From NCBI GenBank assembly GCA_032718475.1, contig JAUCBJ010009069.1:1-35901 (forward strand): a stretch of DNA of 35,901 nt, read 5' to 3'. The notes beneath the pieces were generated by a model. It was given only the letters and a program-made list of their open reading frames with translations. It searched no databases and was not told where the DNA came from. Shown here piece after piece: positions 1 through 15,100 of the stretch. Within the stretch, counting starts at the first letter, position 1; every line of letters starts with the position of its first letter. Both the position numbers and the translations under genes were made by a program. Source of the stretch: Nemertoderma westbladi. Its lineage: Eukaryota > Animalia > Xenacoelomorpha.

Positions 1-28
1 CCAATTAATTTGTTTGTTTTAATTTTAG

Positions 29-154
29 TGCTGAAACCCATTATTGTAAATGGGTTACTATGGATAAAGCGTGTAGCCCTTTAGTGATCAACACGTTAAT
101 GGTTACCGGGTATATGCTAGATCAAAGAATCGGAGATTCATGTAAATTATACAT
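29..154 (+). CDS. Exon 1 in window, EMI-like N-terminal part (AETHYCKWVTMDKACSPL...GDSCKLY)
   Basis: ttttag acceptor at 27-28, open frame, AT|GTAAGT donor at 155; phase 2 joins 542 in frame. Confidence 0.7.
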
Positions 155-3100
155 GTAAGTTGAGATTCAATTGGTAAACCAACAATAATTACAGACTGAA
201 ATGAGTCGTCTTATAAAATTTATATATTCCGTTTCCGTGACGGTAATGATTTGGTACTGTAGATAGGGAAGTACTGTATCATTTTCAATCTCAATATTTT
301 GTACCCATCCATAATAAATCAATGACGGTACAGTAGATCGACTGTTTCTTTGTAACATTCCGTGCAGAAATTGGCCACGTTCGATAGACACAAAAAGAAC
401 AATTTACCATACCCAAGGGTTCTGGTGGTGGTTTGTCTTGTAGAATTCTAGACTATCCAAAAGAACGTACCAAAAAATAGACGTTTTTTTTTAGTTTTAC
501 GCGGAATAATTTTATCAGTTAGTTAATTTTACCTCGATCAGGGAAGTGGATACCCGCCCAACCGGTCAAGTAGAAATATGTTGCAAAGGATACCGGGGCG
601 ACTCATGCGAGATAAACATTGATGAAGAAGACACCGCATTGAAGTTGCGTAAGTAGGCCTTTATAAAAACAAACATCCTAAACGTACCGGTACATCTGTA
701 GGTCTGCAAGTCGCATATATCTGAATTAATTAGAATCGTTACATAAGTTGGTCGTATTGCGACAATTAATCAATTTGCGTTTAAATATTATTAACAGAGG
801 CGTATATGGAATTCAGTCAGGTGTTGCAATCTCTGGAGGTCCCTCCTCCGCCCCCTGACCCAGAGCGGCCATTCGCTACCTGTGTAGACTACGGGAGGTT
901 TCATTACCGAACCTTCGACGGTTTCCAGTACAGCTTCGCGGGCTCCTGCAAATACACCTTGGCAAAATCCATAGACAATGTCTGGCAGGTTAGTTTCATA
1001 TTACAGTAATAACAAATACACCTTAGCAAATTCCATAGACAAAGTCTGGCAGGTTAGTTTATAGATAGATAGATAGATTTATTTATACATTATGTAAAAA
1101 CAATAACAAATACACCAAACAATGTACCGGTATAAAGGTATTGTCCAACATAACATATAGGATTACCCCTAAAGCTTTGCAGCTTATTTCCAAGGGGGTC
1201 CTTTATGTTACTTGGTTACAAATACAATATTACACTACGCTAACCTAAAACCAATATAAAACGTAATTACTCTATGTACATGTACAACTTTACCGAGAGC
1301 GTGACAATGTCCGACTCAACGATAAAGATGTAATGTACAGAACAATTTATTATAAAACGTAATTACAGTATAAATAGTAAATAATTAATAAACTAATAAC
1401 TTACTGTAGGACTATTTTACCTATTTTTACATTGCACACGGAGGTGAGATTTAACTGCAGTATAACGCCCCCATCCCCTGGGCATAATTACCTAGTCCCT
1501 AGTGCCCCCCTGGGCAAAATCACCATAGGCGAATTTACCCTCTTCCGCGCCAAATGCCCCACCCCTACTAGTACTACTGTACAATCGGCCAGCTGCATTG
1601 CATCTGCTCATTATCCTGTATCCTTTAAGATGCGTCTCGAGAAACTCATCGGCTTTCCACCATGCCTACTTTCTCCAGGTGGCTGCCAAAGCACAAGATT
1701 GAGCAGAGGCTGGTTCTCACGGCGAAAGTATTGTCATGTTAAGTGGAGGCGGCTTTGAACAAGTGTCAAGTTTGGGGGGACCAATGAGCAATGTTTTATA
1801 GTGACTGGTTGAATATGTGTGCTTTCGTGCTTTGTACTTGACACATAGGAACTACCATTCCTATCCAACATTCATCTGATCGTATCTGATTTCGCCATTC
1901 CAAAATTTAATAATTTATCTTGTCTGTTGATTAATCACTCCAGCACATGTATTTTTTAAATTTTCTGGTATTTTTTTTTAGTTTTTTGGCGCCAGTGTTA
2001 TTTAAGTTTTGGAATCCTATACCAGACTACCTGACATTATATAGGCTTACTTCAGTACTGCAATATGTATTGATTCTGAATGTGATATGGAATGTAGTTA
2101 ATATGGGAATTCATTAACTATAATGACAGAAATTTGTATCCTATGTAGCCTATATTTTTTAATAGCCTACAACTCTGTAATCTGTTTATGGTTCTTCAAT
2201 ATATTCATATAACTTGATCGTTTATTGTTTTAGTTAGAAAAGCCTGTCCCTGTAACATGCTCTTTTCCATGTATTGTTAACGAGTTGGTTTACGGTTTTG
2301 GTTAGAAGAGCTTCCCTCTGTAACCACTAATCTGCCCCTTTCTCTGTATTGTTAACGAGATCGTGTATTGCTTTGGTTAGAAAAGACAGTCTCTGTACCT
2401 GCGCGCTTATTTCCCTCAATTGATAACAAGCTTAGGTTTGTTTTGGTTAGTTACTATTATGTAATCTATGGATGTATTCAAACAAATTACATTGAAATTA
2501 TTAGATTGATGTCGATAAAGGAAACTGCCTTGAGGCCGGATCTTGTGTAAAATCCCTTTCGATGAGTTTTGGTGACAATAATAAAGTTGAAGCGACTGGA
2601 TTTGATGTCGTATTGAATGGGGAAAGATTGGACCCGGACAGAGGCGAAAATGTCAAGTAAGTAAAAATGCGTTCTATTTAATTTACAGATTTTTTATTTC
2701 TTTAATTAAACTTAAAATTACTTTTTTTTACTAGTTAATCACGCGAGGCAATTCTAATAATAGGGCCTAATTTGTTTACAAATTAAAGTTTCATAATTTA
2801 ATTTCAGTGCGATAAAACTGGAGAAATCTGGAGACTATGTTTATTTGGATACAAGTTACGGTGTCAGACTGAAGTGGAACTCAGAAACAATATACGTTAC
2901 AGTTATATCTGGACAAATATCCAACACAGAAGGTTCATCTTTTATAGATTCATGATATTATTATCATATATCATAGATCACATATTATACCGGAAACCAT
3001 ACCAATAACGCCCCCCCCCCCCCCCCCCCCCCCCACCCCCTATAAATATATTAATAATTATTACGTTTTTAGGTCTTTGCGGAACTTTTTCCAACGAGTT

Positions 3101-6100
3101 AACTGACGAGTTCCGAACGAGGGAAGGTCATCAAGTAACTTACGCGGAACAATTCGCAAACTCGTGGAAAATCGTTGATTTAGCTAAACCGGAATGTCCC
3201 GACGTTTCTGTATCTGAACACCCTTGTCTGCGAGACGAGATTAATCTACAGGATCGAAATGCTTATAAAGTGATGTGTGATATGCTGTACAGCGGCTCGT
3301 TTATGGAGTGTAACAATGTGGTTAGTATTTAATTATTAAGGCTCGTTTATGGAGTGTAACAATGTGGTTAGTATTTAATTATTAAGACTCGTTTATGGAG
3401 TGTAACAATGTGGTTAGTATTTAATTATTAAGGCTCGTTTATGGAGTGTAACAATGTGGTTAGTATTTAATTATTAAGACTCGTTTATGGAGTGTAACAA
3501 TGTGGTTAGTATTTAATTATTAAGGCTCGTTTATGGAGTGTAACAATGTGGTTAGTATTTAATTGTTAAGACTCGTTTATGGAGTGTAACAATGTGGTTA
3601 GTATTTAATTATTAAGACTCGTTTATGGAGTGTAACAATGTGGTTAGTATTTAATTATTAAGGCTCGTTTATGGAGTGTAACAATGTGGTTAGTATTTAA
3701 TTATTAAGGCTCGTTTATGGAGTGTAACAATGTGGTTAGTATTTAATTATTAAGACTCGTTTATGGAGTGTAACAATGTGGTTAGTATTTAATTATTAAG
3801 ACTCGTTTATGGAGTGTAACAAAGTGGTTAGTATTTAATTATTAAGGCTCGTTTATGGAGTGTAACAATGTGGTTAGTATTTAATTATTAAGGCTCGTTT
3901 ATGGAGTGTAACAATGTGGTTAGTATTTAATTATTAAGACTCGTTTATGGAGTGTAACAATGTGGTTAGTATTTAATTATTAAGACTCGTTTATGGAGTG
4001 TAACAATGTGGTTAGTATTTAATTATTAAGGCTCGTTTATGGAGTGTAACAATGTGGTTAGTATTTAATTATTAAGACTCGTTTATGGAGTGTAACAATG
4101 TGGTTAGTATTTAATTATTAAGGCTCGTTTATGGAGTGTAACAATGTGGTTAGTATTTAATTATTAAGACTCGTTTATGGAGTGTAACAATATGGTTAGT
4201 ATTTTAATTATTAAGGCTCGTTTATGGAGTGTAACAATGTGGTTAGTATATAATTATTAAGACTCGTTTCTGGAGTGTAACAATGTGGTTAGTATTTAAT
4301 TATTAAGACTCGTTTATGGAGTGTAACAATGTGGTTAGTATTTAATTATTAAGGCTCGTTTATGGAGTGTAACAATGTGGTTAGTATTTAATTATTAAGA
4401 CTCGTTTATGGAGTGTAACAATTTGGTTAGTATTTAATTATTAAGACTCGTTTCTGGAGTGTAACAATTTGGTTAGTATTTAATTATTAAGATTTGTTTA
4501 TGGAGTGTAACAATGTGGTTAGTATTTAATTATTAAGACTCGTTTATGGAGTGTAACAATGTGGTTAGTATTTAATTATTAAGGCTCGTTTATGGAGTGT
4601 AACAATGTGGTTAGTATTTAATTATTAAGGCTCGTTTATGGAGTGTAACAATGTGGTTAGTATTTAATTATTAAGACTCGTTTATGGAGTGTAACAATGT
4701 GGTTAGTATTTAATTATTAAGACTCGTTTATGGAGTGTAACAATTTGGTTAGTATTTAATTATTAAGACTCGTTTATGGAGTGTAACAATGTGGTTAGTA
4801 TATAATTATTAAGACTCGTTTCTGGAGTGTAACAATTTGGTTAGTATTTAATTATTAAGACTCGTTTATGGAGTGTAACAATGTGGTTAGTATTTAATTA
4901 TTAAGACTCGTTTATGGAGTGTAACAATGTGGTTAGTATTTAATTATTAAGGCTCGTTTATGGAGTGTAACAATGTGGTTAGTATTTAATTATTAAGGCT
5001 CGTTTATGGAGTGTAACAATGTGGTTAGTATTTAATTATTAAGACTCGTTTATGGAGTGTAACAATGTGGTTAGTATTTAATTATTAAGACTCGTTTATG
5101 GAGTGTAACAATGTGGTTAGTATGTAATTATTAAGACTCGTTTATAGAGTGTAACAATGTGGTTAGTATGTAATTATTAAGACTCGTTTATGGAGTGTAA
5201 CAATGTGGTTAGTATTTAATTATTAAGACTCGTTTATGGAGTGTAACAATGTGGTTAGTATTTAATTATTAAGACTCGTTTATGGAGTGTAACAATGTGG
5301 TTAGTATTTAATTATTAAGACTCGTTTATGGAGTGTAACAATGTGGTTAGTATTTAATTATTAAGACTCGTTTATGGAGTGTAACAATGTGGTTAGTATT
5401 TAATTATTAAGGCTCGTTTATGGAGTGTAACAATTTGGTTAGTATGTAATTATTAAGACTCGTTTATGGAGTGTAACAATGTGGTTAGTATTTAATTATT
5501 AAGACTCGTTTATGGAGTGTAACAATGTGGTTAGTATTTAATTATTAAGACTCGTTTATGGAGTGTAACAATGTGGTTAGTATTTAATTATTAAGACTCG
5601 TTTATGGAGTGTAACAATGTGGTTAGTATTTAATTATTAAGACTCGTTTATGGAGTGTAACAATGTGGTTAGTATTTAATTATTAAGGCTCGTTTATGGA
5701 GTGTAACAATTTGGTTAGTATGTAATTATTAAGACTCGTTTATGGAGTGTAACAATGTGGTTAGTATTTANNNNNNNNNNNNNNNNNNNNNNNNNNNNNN
5801 NNNNNNNNNNNNNNNNNNNNNNNNNNNNNNNNNNNNNNNNNNNNNNNNNNNNNNNNNNNNNNNNNNNNNNGTTAGTATTTAATTATTAAGACTCGTTTAT
5901 GGAGTGTAACAATGTGGTTAGTATTTAATTATTAAGACTCGTTTATGGAGTGTAACAATGTGGTTAGTATTTAATTATTAAGACTCGTTTATGGAGTGTA
6001 ACAATGTGGTTAGTATTTAATTATTAAGACTCGTTTATGGAGTGTAACAATGTGGTTAGTATTTAATTATTAAGACTCGTTTATGGAGTGTAACAATGTG

Positions 6101-9100
6101 GTTAGTATTTAATTATTAAGACTCGTTTATGGAGTGTAACAATGTGGTTAGTATTTAATTATTAAGACTCGTTTATGGAGTGTAACAATGTGGTTAGTAT
6201 TTAATTATTAAGACTCGTTTATGGAGTGTAACAATGTGGTTAGTATTTAATTATTAAGACTCGTTTATGGAGTGTAACAATGTGGTTAGTATTTAATTAT
6301 TAAGACTCGTTTATGGAGTGTAACAATGTGGTTAGTATTTAATTATTAAGACTCGTTTATGGAGTGTAACAATGTGGTTAGTATTTAATTATTAAGACTC
6401 GTTTATGGAGTGTAACAATGTGGTTAGTATTTAATTATTAAGACTCGTTTATGGAGTGTAACAATGTGGTTAGTATTTAATTATTAAGACTCGTTTATGG
6501 AGTGTAACAATGTGGTTAGTATTTAATTATTAAGACTCGTTTATGGAGTGTAACAATGTGGTTAGTATTTAATTATTAAGGCTCGTTTATGGAGTGTAAC
6601 AATTTGGTTAGTATGTAATTATTAAGACTCGTTTATGGAGTGTAACAATGTGGTTAGTATTTAATTATTAAGACTCGTTTATGGAGTGTAACAATGTGGT
6701 TAGTATTTAATTATTAAGACTCGTTTATGGAGTGTAACAATGTGGTTAGTATTTAATTATTAAGACTCGTTTATGGAGTGTAACAATGTGGTTAGTATTT
6801 AATTATTAAGACTCGTTTATGGAGTGTAACAATGTGGTTAGTATTTAATTATTAAGGCTCGTTTATGGAGTGTAACAATGTGGTTAGTATGTAATTATTA
6901 AGACTCGTTTATGGAGTGTAACAATGTGGTTAGTATTTAATTATTAAGACTCGTTTATGGAGTGTAACAATGTGGTTAGTATTTAATTATTAAGACTCGT
7001 TTATGGAGTGTAACAATGTGGTTAGTATTTAATTATTAAGGCTCGTTTATGGAGTGTAACAATGTGGTTAGTATTTAATTATTAAGACTCGTTTATGGAG
7101 TGTAACAATGTGGTTAGTATTTAATTATTAAGGCTCGTTTATGGAGTGTAACAATGTGGTTAGTATTTAATTATTAAGGCTCGTTTATGGAGTGTAACAA
7201 TGTGGTTAGTAATTAATTATTAAGGCTCGTTTATGGAGTGTAACAATGTGGTTAGTATTTAATTATTAAGGCTCGTTTATGGAGTGTAACAATGTGGTTA
7301 GTATTTAATTATTAAGACTCGTTTATGGAGTGTAACAATGTGGTTAGTATTTAATTATTAAGACTCGTTTATGGAGTGTAACAATGTGGTTAGTATTTAA
7401 TTATTAAGGCTCGTTTATGGAGTGTAACAATGTGGTTAGTATTTAATTATTAAGGCTCGTTTATGGAGTGTAACAATGTGGTTAGTAATTAATTATTAAG
7501 GCTCGTTTATGGAGTGTAACAATGTGGTTAGTATTTAATTATTAAGGCTCGTTTATGGAGTGTAACAATGTGGTTAGTATTTAATTATTAAGACTCGTTT
7601 ATGGAGTGTAACAATGTGGTTAGTATTTAATTATTAAGGCTCGTTTATGGAGTGTAACAATGTGGTTAGTATTTAATTATTAAGACTCGTTTATGGAGTG
7701 TAACAATGTGGTTAGTATTTAATTATTAAGACTCGTTTATGGAGTGTAACAATGTGGTTAGTATTTAATTATTAAGGCTCGTTTATGGAGTGTAACAATG
7801 TGGTTAGTATTTAATTATTAAGGCTCGTTTATGGAGTGTAACAATGTGGTTAGTATTTAATTATTAAGGCTCGTTTATGGAGTGTAACAATGTGGTTAGT
7901 ATTTAATTATTAAGACTCGTTTATCGAGTGTAACAATGTGGTTAGTATTTAATTATTAAGACTCGTTTATGGAGTGTAACAATGTGGTTAGTATTTAATT
8001 ATTAAGGCTCGTTTATGGAGTGTAACAATGTGGTTAGTATTTAATAAGACTCGTTTATGGAGTGTAACAATGTGGTTAGTATGTAATTATTAAGACTCGT
8101 TTATGGAGTGTAACAATGTGGTTAGTATGTAATTATTAAGACTCGTTTATGGAGTGTAACAATGTGGTTAGTATTTAATAAGACTCGTTTATGGAGTGTA
8201 ACAATGTGGTTAGTATTTAATAAGACTCGTTTATGGAGTGTAACAATGTGGTTAGTATGTAATTATTAAGACTCGTTTATGGAGTGTAACAATGTGGTTA
8301 GTATGTAATTATTAAGACTCGTTTATGGAGTGTAACAATGTGGTTAGTATGTAATTATTAAGACTCGTTTATGGAGTGTAACAATGTGGTTAGTATTTAA
8401 TTATTAAGACTCGTTTATGGAGTGTAACAATGTGGTTAGTATGTAATTATTAAGACTCGTTTATGGAGTGTAACAATGTGGTTAGTATGTAATTATTAAG
8501 ACTGGTTTATGGAGTGTAACAATGTGGTTAGTATTTAATTATTAAGACTCGTTTATGGAGTGTAACAATGTGGTTAGTATATAATTATTAAGGCTCGTTT
8601 ATGGAGTGTAAAAATGTGGTTAGTATTTAATTAGACTCGTTTATGGAGTGTAACAATGTGGTTAGTATTTAATAAGACTCGTTTATGGAGTGTAACAATG
8701 TGGTTAGTATTTAATAAGACTCGTTTATGGAGTGTAACAATGTGGTTAGTATGTAATTATTAAGACTCGTTTATGGAGTGTAACAATGTGGTTAGTATGT
8801 AATTATTAAGACTCGTTTATGGAGTGTAACAATGTGGTTAGTATGTAATTATTAAGACTCGTTTATGGAGTGTAACAATGTGGTTAGTATTTAATTATTA
8901 AGACTCGTTTATGGAGTGTAACAATGTGGTTAGTATGTAATTATTAAGACTCGTTTATGGAGTGTAACAATGTGGTTAGTATGTAATTATTAAGACTCGT
9001 TTATGGAGTGTAACAATGTGGTTAGTATGTAATTATTAAGACTCGTTTATGGAGTGTAACAATGTGGTTAGTAAGTAATTATTAAGACTCGTTTATGGAG

Positions 9101-12100
9101 TGTAACAATGTGGTTAGTATGTAATTATTAAGACTCGTTTATGGAGTGTAACAATGTGGTTAGTATTTAATTATTAAGACTCGTTTATGGAGTGTAACAA
9201 TGTGGTTAGTATGTAATTATTAAGACTCGTTTATGGAGTGTAACAATGTGGTTAGTATTTAATTATTAAGACTCGTTTATGGAGTGTAACAATTTGGTTA
9301 GTATGTAATTATTAAGGCTCGTTTATGGAGTGTAAAAATGTGGTTAGTATTTAATTAGACTCGTTTATGGAGTGTAACAATGTGGTTAGTATTTAATTAT
9401 TAAGACTCGTTTATGGAGTGTAACAATGTGGTTAGTATTTAATTATTAAGACTCGTTTATGGAGTGTAACAATGTGGTTAGTATTTAATTATTAAGACTC
9501 GTTTATGGAGTGTAACAATGTGGTTAGTATTTAATTATTAAGGCTCGTTTATGGAGTGTATCAATGTGGTTAGTATTTAATTATTAAGGCTCGTTTATGG
9601 AGTGTAACAATGTGGTTAGTACTTAATTATTAAGACTCGTTTATGGAGTGTAACAATGTGGTTAGTATTTAATTATTAAGACTAGTTTATGGAGTGTAAC
9701 AATGTGGTTAGTATTTAATTATTAAGACTCGTTTATGGAGTGTAACAATGTGGTTAGTATTTAATTATTAAGACTCGTTTATGGAGTGTAACAATGTGGT
9801 TAGTATTTAATTATTAAGACTCGTTTATGGAGTGTAACAATGTGGTTAGTATTTAATTATTAAGGCTCGTTTATGGAGTGTAACAATTTGGTTAGTATGT
9901 AATTATTAAGACTCGTTTATGGAGTGTAACAATGTGGTTAGTATTTAATTATTAAGACTCGTTTATGGAGTGTAACAATGTGGTTTAGTATTTAATTATT
10001 AAGACTCGTTTATGGAGTGTAACAATGTGGTTAGTATTTAATTATTAAGGCTCGTTTATGGAGTGTAACAATGTGGTTAGTATTTAATTATTAAGACTCG
10101 TTTATGGAGTGTAACAATTTGGTTAGTATGTAATTATTAAGGCTCGTTTATGGAGTGTAAAAATGTGGTTAGTATTTAATTAGACTCGTTTATGGAGTGT
10201 AACAATGTGGTTAGTATTTAATTATTAAGACTCGTTTATGGAGTGTAACAATGTGGTTAGTATTTAATTATTAAGACTCGTTTATGGAGTGTAACAATGT
10301 GGTTAGTATTTAATTATTAAGGCTCGTTTATGGAGTGTAACAATGTTGTTAGTATTTAATTATTAAGGCTCGTTTATGGAGTGTAACAATGTGGTTAGTA
10401 ATTAATTATTAAGGCTCGTTTATGGAGTGTAACAATGTGGTTAGTATTTAATTATTAAGGCTCGTTTATGGAGTGTAACAATGTGGTTAGTATTTAATTA
10501 TTAAGACTCGTTTATGGAGTGTAACAATGTGGTTAGTATTTAATTATTAAGGCTCGTTTATGGAGTGTAACAATGTGGTTAGTATTTAATTATTAAGACT
10601 CGTTTATGGAGTGTAACAATGTGGTTAGTATTTAATTATTAAGACTCGTTTATGGAGTGTAACAATGTGGTTAGTATTTAATTATTAAGGCTCGTTTATG
10701 GAGTGTAACAATGTGGTTAGTATTTAATTATTAAGGCTCGTTTATGGAGTGTAACAATGTGGTTAGTATTTAATTATTAAGGCTCGTTTATGGAGTGTAA
10801 CAATGTGGTTAGTATTTAATTATTAAGACTCGTTTATCGAGTGTAACAATGTGGTTAGTATTTAATTATTAAGACTCGTTTATGGAGTGTAACAATGTGG
10901 TTAGTATTTAATTATTAAGGCTCGTTTATGGAGTGTAACAATGTGGTTAGTATTTAATAAGACTCGTTTATGGAGTGTAACAATGTGGTTAGTATGTAAT
11001 TATTAAGACTCGTTTATGGAGTGTAACAATGTGGTTAGTATGTAATTATTAAGACTCGTTTATGGAGTGTAACAATGTGGTTAGTATTTAATAAGACTCG
11101 TTTATGGAGTGTAACAATGTGGTTATTATTTAATAAGACTCGTTTATGGAGTGTAACAATGTGGTTAGTATGTAATTATTAAGACTCGTTTATGGAGTGT
11201 AACAATGTGGTTAGTATGTAATTATTAAGACTCGTTTATGGAGTGTAACAATGTGGTTAGTATGTAATTATTAAGACTCGTTTATGGAGTGTAACAATGT
11301 GGTTAGTATTTAATTATTAAGACTCGTTTATGGAGTGTAACAATGTGGTTAGTATGTAATTATTAAGACTCGTTTATGGAGTGTAACAATGTGGTTAGTA
11401 TGTAATTATTAAGACTGGTTTATGGAGTGTAACAATGTGGTTAGTATTTAATTATTAAGGCTCGTTTATGGAGTGTAACAATGTGGTTAGTATTTAATTA
11501 TTAAGGCTCGTTTATGGAGTGTAACAATGTGGTTAGTAATTAATTATTAAGGCTCGTTTATGGAGTGTAACAATGTGGTTAGTATTTAATTATTAAGGCT
11601 CGTTTATGGAGTGTAACAATGTGGTTAGTATTTAATTATTAAGACTCGTTTATGGAGTGTAACAATGTGGTTAGTATTTAATTATTAAGGCTCGTTTATG
11701 GAGTGTAACAATGTGGTTAGTATTTAATTATTAAGACTCGTTTATGGAGTGTAACAATGTGGTTAGTATTTAATTATTAAGACTCGTTTATGGAGTGTAA
11801 CAATGTGGTTAGTATTTAATTATTAAGGCTCGTTTATGGAGTGTAACAATGTGGTTAGTATTTAATTATTAAGGCTCGTTTATGGAGTGTAACAATGTGG
11901 TTAGTATTTAATTATTAAGGCTCGTTTATGGAGTGTAACAATGTGGTTAGTATTTAATTATTAAGACTCGTTTATCGAGTGTAACAATGTGGTTAGTATT
12001 TAATTATTAAGACTCGTTTATGGAGTGTAACAATGTGGTTAGTATTTAATTATTAAGGCTCGTTTATGGAGTGTAACAATGTGGTTAGTATTTAATAAGA

Positions 12101-15100
12101 CTCGTTTATGGAGTGTAACAATGTGGTTAGTATGTAATTATTAAGACTCGTTTATGGAGTGTAACAATGTGGTTAGTATGTAATTATTAAGACTCGTTTA
12201 TGGAGTGTAACAATGTGGTTAGTATTTAATAAGACTCGTTTATGGAGTGTAACAATGTGGTTAGTATTTAATAAGACTCGTTTATGGAGTGTAACAATGT
12301 GGTTAGTATGTAATTATTAAGACTCGTTTATGGAGTGTAACAATGTGGTTAGTATGTAATTATTAAGACTCGTTTATGGAGTGTAACAATGTGGTTAGTA
12401 TGTAATTATTAAGACTCGTTTATGGAGTGTAACAATGTGGTTAGTATTTAATTATTAAGACTCGTTTATGGAGTGTAACAATGTGGTTAGTATGTAATTA
12501 TTAAGACTCGTTTATGGAGTGTAACAATGTGGTTAGTATGTAATTATTAAGACTGGTTTATGGAGTGTAACAATGTGGTTAGTATTTAATTATTAAGACT
12601 CGTTTATGGAGTGTAACAATGTGGTTAGTATATAATTATTAAGGCTCGTTTATGGAGTGTAAAAATGTGGTTAGTATTTAATTAGACTCGTTTATGGAGT
12701 GTAACAATGTGGTTAGTATTTAATAAGACTCGTTTATGGAGTGTAACAATGTGGTTAGTATTTAATAAGACTCGTTTATGGAGTGTAACAATGTGGTTAG
12801 TATGTAATTATTAAGACTCGTTTATGGAGTGTAACAATGTGGTTAGTATGTAATTATTAAGACTCGTTTATGGAGTGTAACAATGTGGTTAGTATGTAAT
12901 TATTAAGACTCGTTTATGGAGTGTAACAATGTGGTTAGTATTTAATTATTAAGACTCGTTTATGGAGTGTAACAATGTGGTTAGTATGTAATTATTAAGA
13001 CTCGTTTATGGAGTGTAACAATGTGGTTAGTATGTAATTATTAAGACTCGTTTATGGAGTGTAACAATGTGGTTAGTATGTAATTATTAAGACTCGTTTA
13101 TGGAGTGTAACAATGTGGTTAGTATGTAATTATTAAGACTCGTTTATGGAGTGTAACAATGTGGTTAGTATTTAATTATTAAGACTCGTTTATGGAGTGT
13201 AACAATGTGGTTAGTATGTAATTATTAAGACTCGTTTATGGAGTGTAACAATGTGGTTAGTATGTAATTATTAAGACTGGTTTATGGAGTGTAACAATGT
13301 GGTTAGTATTTAATTATTAAGACTCGTTTATGGAGTGTAACAATTTGGTTAGTATGTAATTATTAAGGCTCGTTTATGGAGTGTAAAAATGTGGTTAGTA
13401 TTTAATTAGACTCGTTTATGGAGTGTAACAATGTGGTTAGTATTTAATTATTAAGACTCGTTTATGGAGTGTAACAATGTGGTTAGTATTTAATTATTAA
13501 GACTCGTTTATGGAGTGTAACAATGTGGTTAGTATTTAATTATTAAGACTCGTTTATGGAGTGTAACAATGTGGTTAGTATTTAATTATTAAGGCTCGTT
13601 TATGGAGTGTAACAATGTGGTTAGTATTTAATTATTAAGGCTCGTTTATGGAGTGTAACAATGTGGTTAGTACTTAATTATTAAGACTCGTTTATGGAGT
13701 GTAACAATGTGGTTAGTATTTAATTATTAAGACTAGTTTATGGAGTGTAACAATGTGGTTAGTATTTAATTATTAAGACTCGTTTATGGAGTGTAACAAT
13801 GTGGTTAGTATTTAATTATTAAGACTCGTTTATGGAGTGTAACAATGTGGTTAGTATTTAATTATTAAGACTCGTTTATGGAGTGTAACAATGTGGTTAG
13901 TATTTAATTATTAAGGATCGTTTATGGAGTGTAACAATTTGGTTAGTATGTAATTATTAAGACTCGTTTATGGAGTGTAACAATGTGGTTAGTATTTAAT
14001 TATTAAGACTCGTTTATGGAGTGTAACAATGTGGTTTAGTATTTAATTATTAAGACTCGTTTATGGAGTGTAACAATGTGGTTAGTATTTAATTATTAAG
14101 GCTCGTTTATGGAGTGTAACAATGTGGTTAGTATTTAATTATTAAGACTCGTTTATGGAGTGTAACAATTTGGTTAGTATGTAATTATTAAGGCTCGTTT
14201 ATGGAGTGTAAAAATGTGGTTAGTATTTAATTAGACTCGTTTATGGAGTGTAACAATGTGGTTAGTATTTAATTATTAAGACTCGTTTATGGAGTGTAAC
14301 AATGTGGTTAGTATTTAATTATTAAGACTCGTTTATGGAGTGTAACAATGTGGTTAGTATTTAATTATTAAGGCTCGTTTATGGAGTGTAACAATGTGGT
14401 TAGTATTTAATTATTAAGGCTCGTTTATGGAGTGTAACAATGTGGTTAGTAATTAATTATTAAGGCTCGTTTATGGAGTGTAACAATGTGGTTAGTATTT
14501 AATTATTAAGGCTCGTTTATGGAGTGTAACAATGTGGTTAGTATTTAATTATTAAGACTCGTTTATGGAGTGTAACAATGTGGTTAGTATTTAATTATTA
14601 AGGCTCGTTTATGGAGTGTAACAATGTGGTTAGTATTTAATTATTAAGACTCGTTTATGGAGTGTAACAATGTGGTTAGTATTTAATTATTAAGACTCGT
14701 TTATGGAGTGTAACAATGTGGTTAGTATTTAATTATTAAGGCTCGTTTATGGAGTGTAACAATGTGGTTAGTATTTAATTATTAAGGCTCGTTTATGGAG
14801 TGTAACAATGTGGTTAGTATTTAATTATTAAGGCTCGTTTATGGAGTGTAACAATGTGGTTAGTATTTAATTATTAAGACTCGTTTATCGAGTGTAACAA
14901 TGTGGTTAGTATTTAATTATTAAGACTCGTTTATGGAGTGTAACAATGTGGTTAGTATTTAATTATTAAGGCTCGTTTATGGAGTGTAACAATGTGGTTA
15001 GTATTCAATAAGACTCGTTTATGGAGTGTAACAATGTGGTTAGTATGTAATTATTAAGACTCGTTTATGGAGTGTAACAATGTGGTTAGTATGTAATTAT

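Noticed and set aside
167-480. Extra exon or minus-strand ORF 167-391 between exons 1 and 2
   Set aside because: Exons 29-154 and 542-648 already join in frame; candidate frames here hit stops without a good donor.
1432-1758. 108-aa ORF
   Set aside because: Starts inside a LINE fragment, non-ATG start, no motif. The GC-rich 1461-1760 block is probably a repeat I cannot classify.
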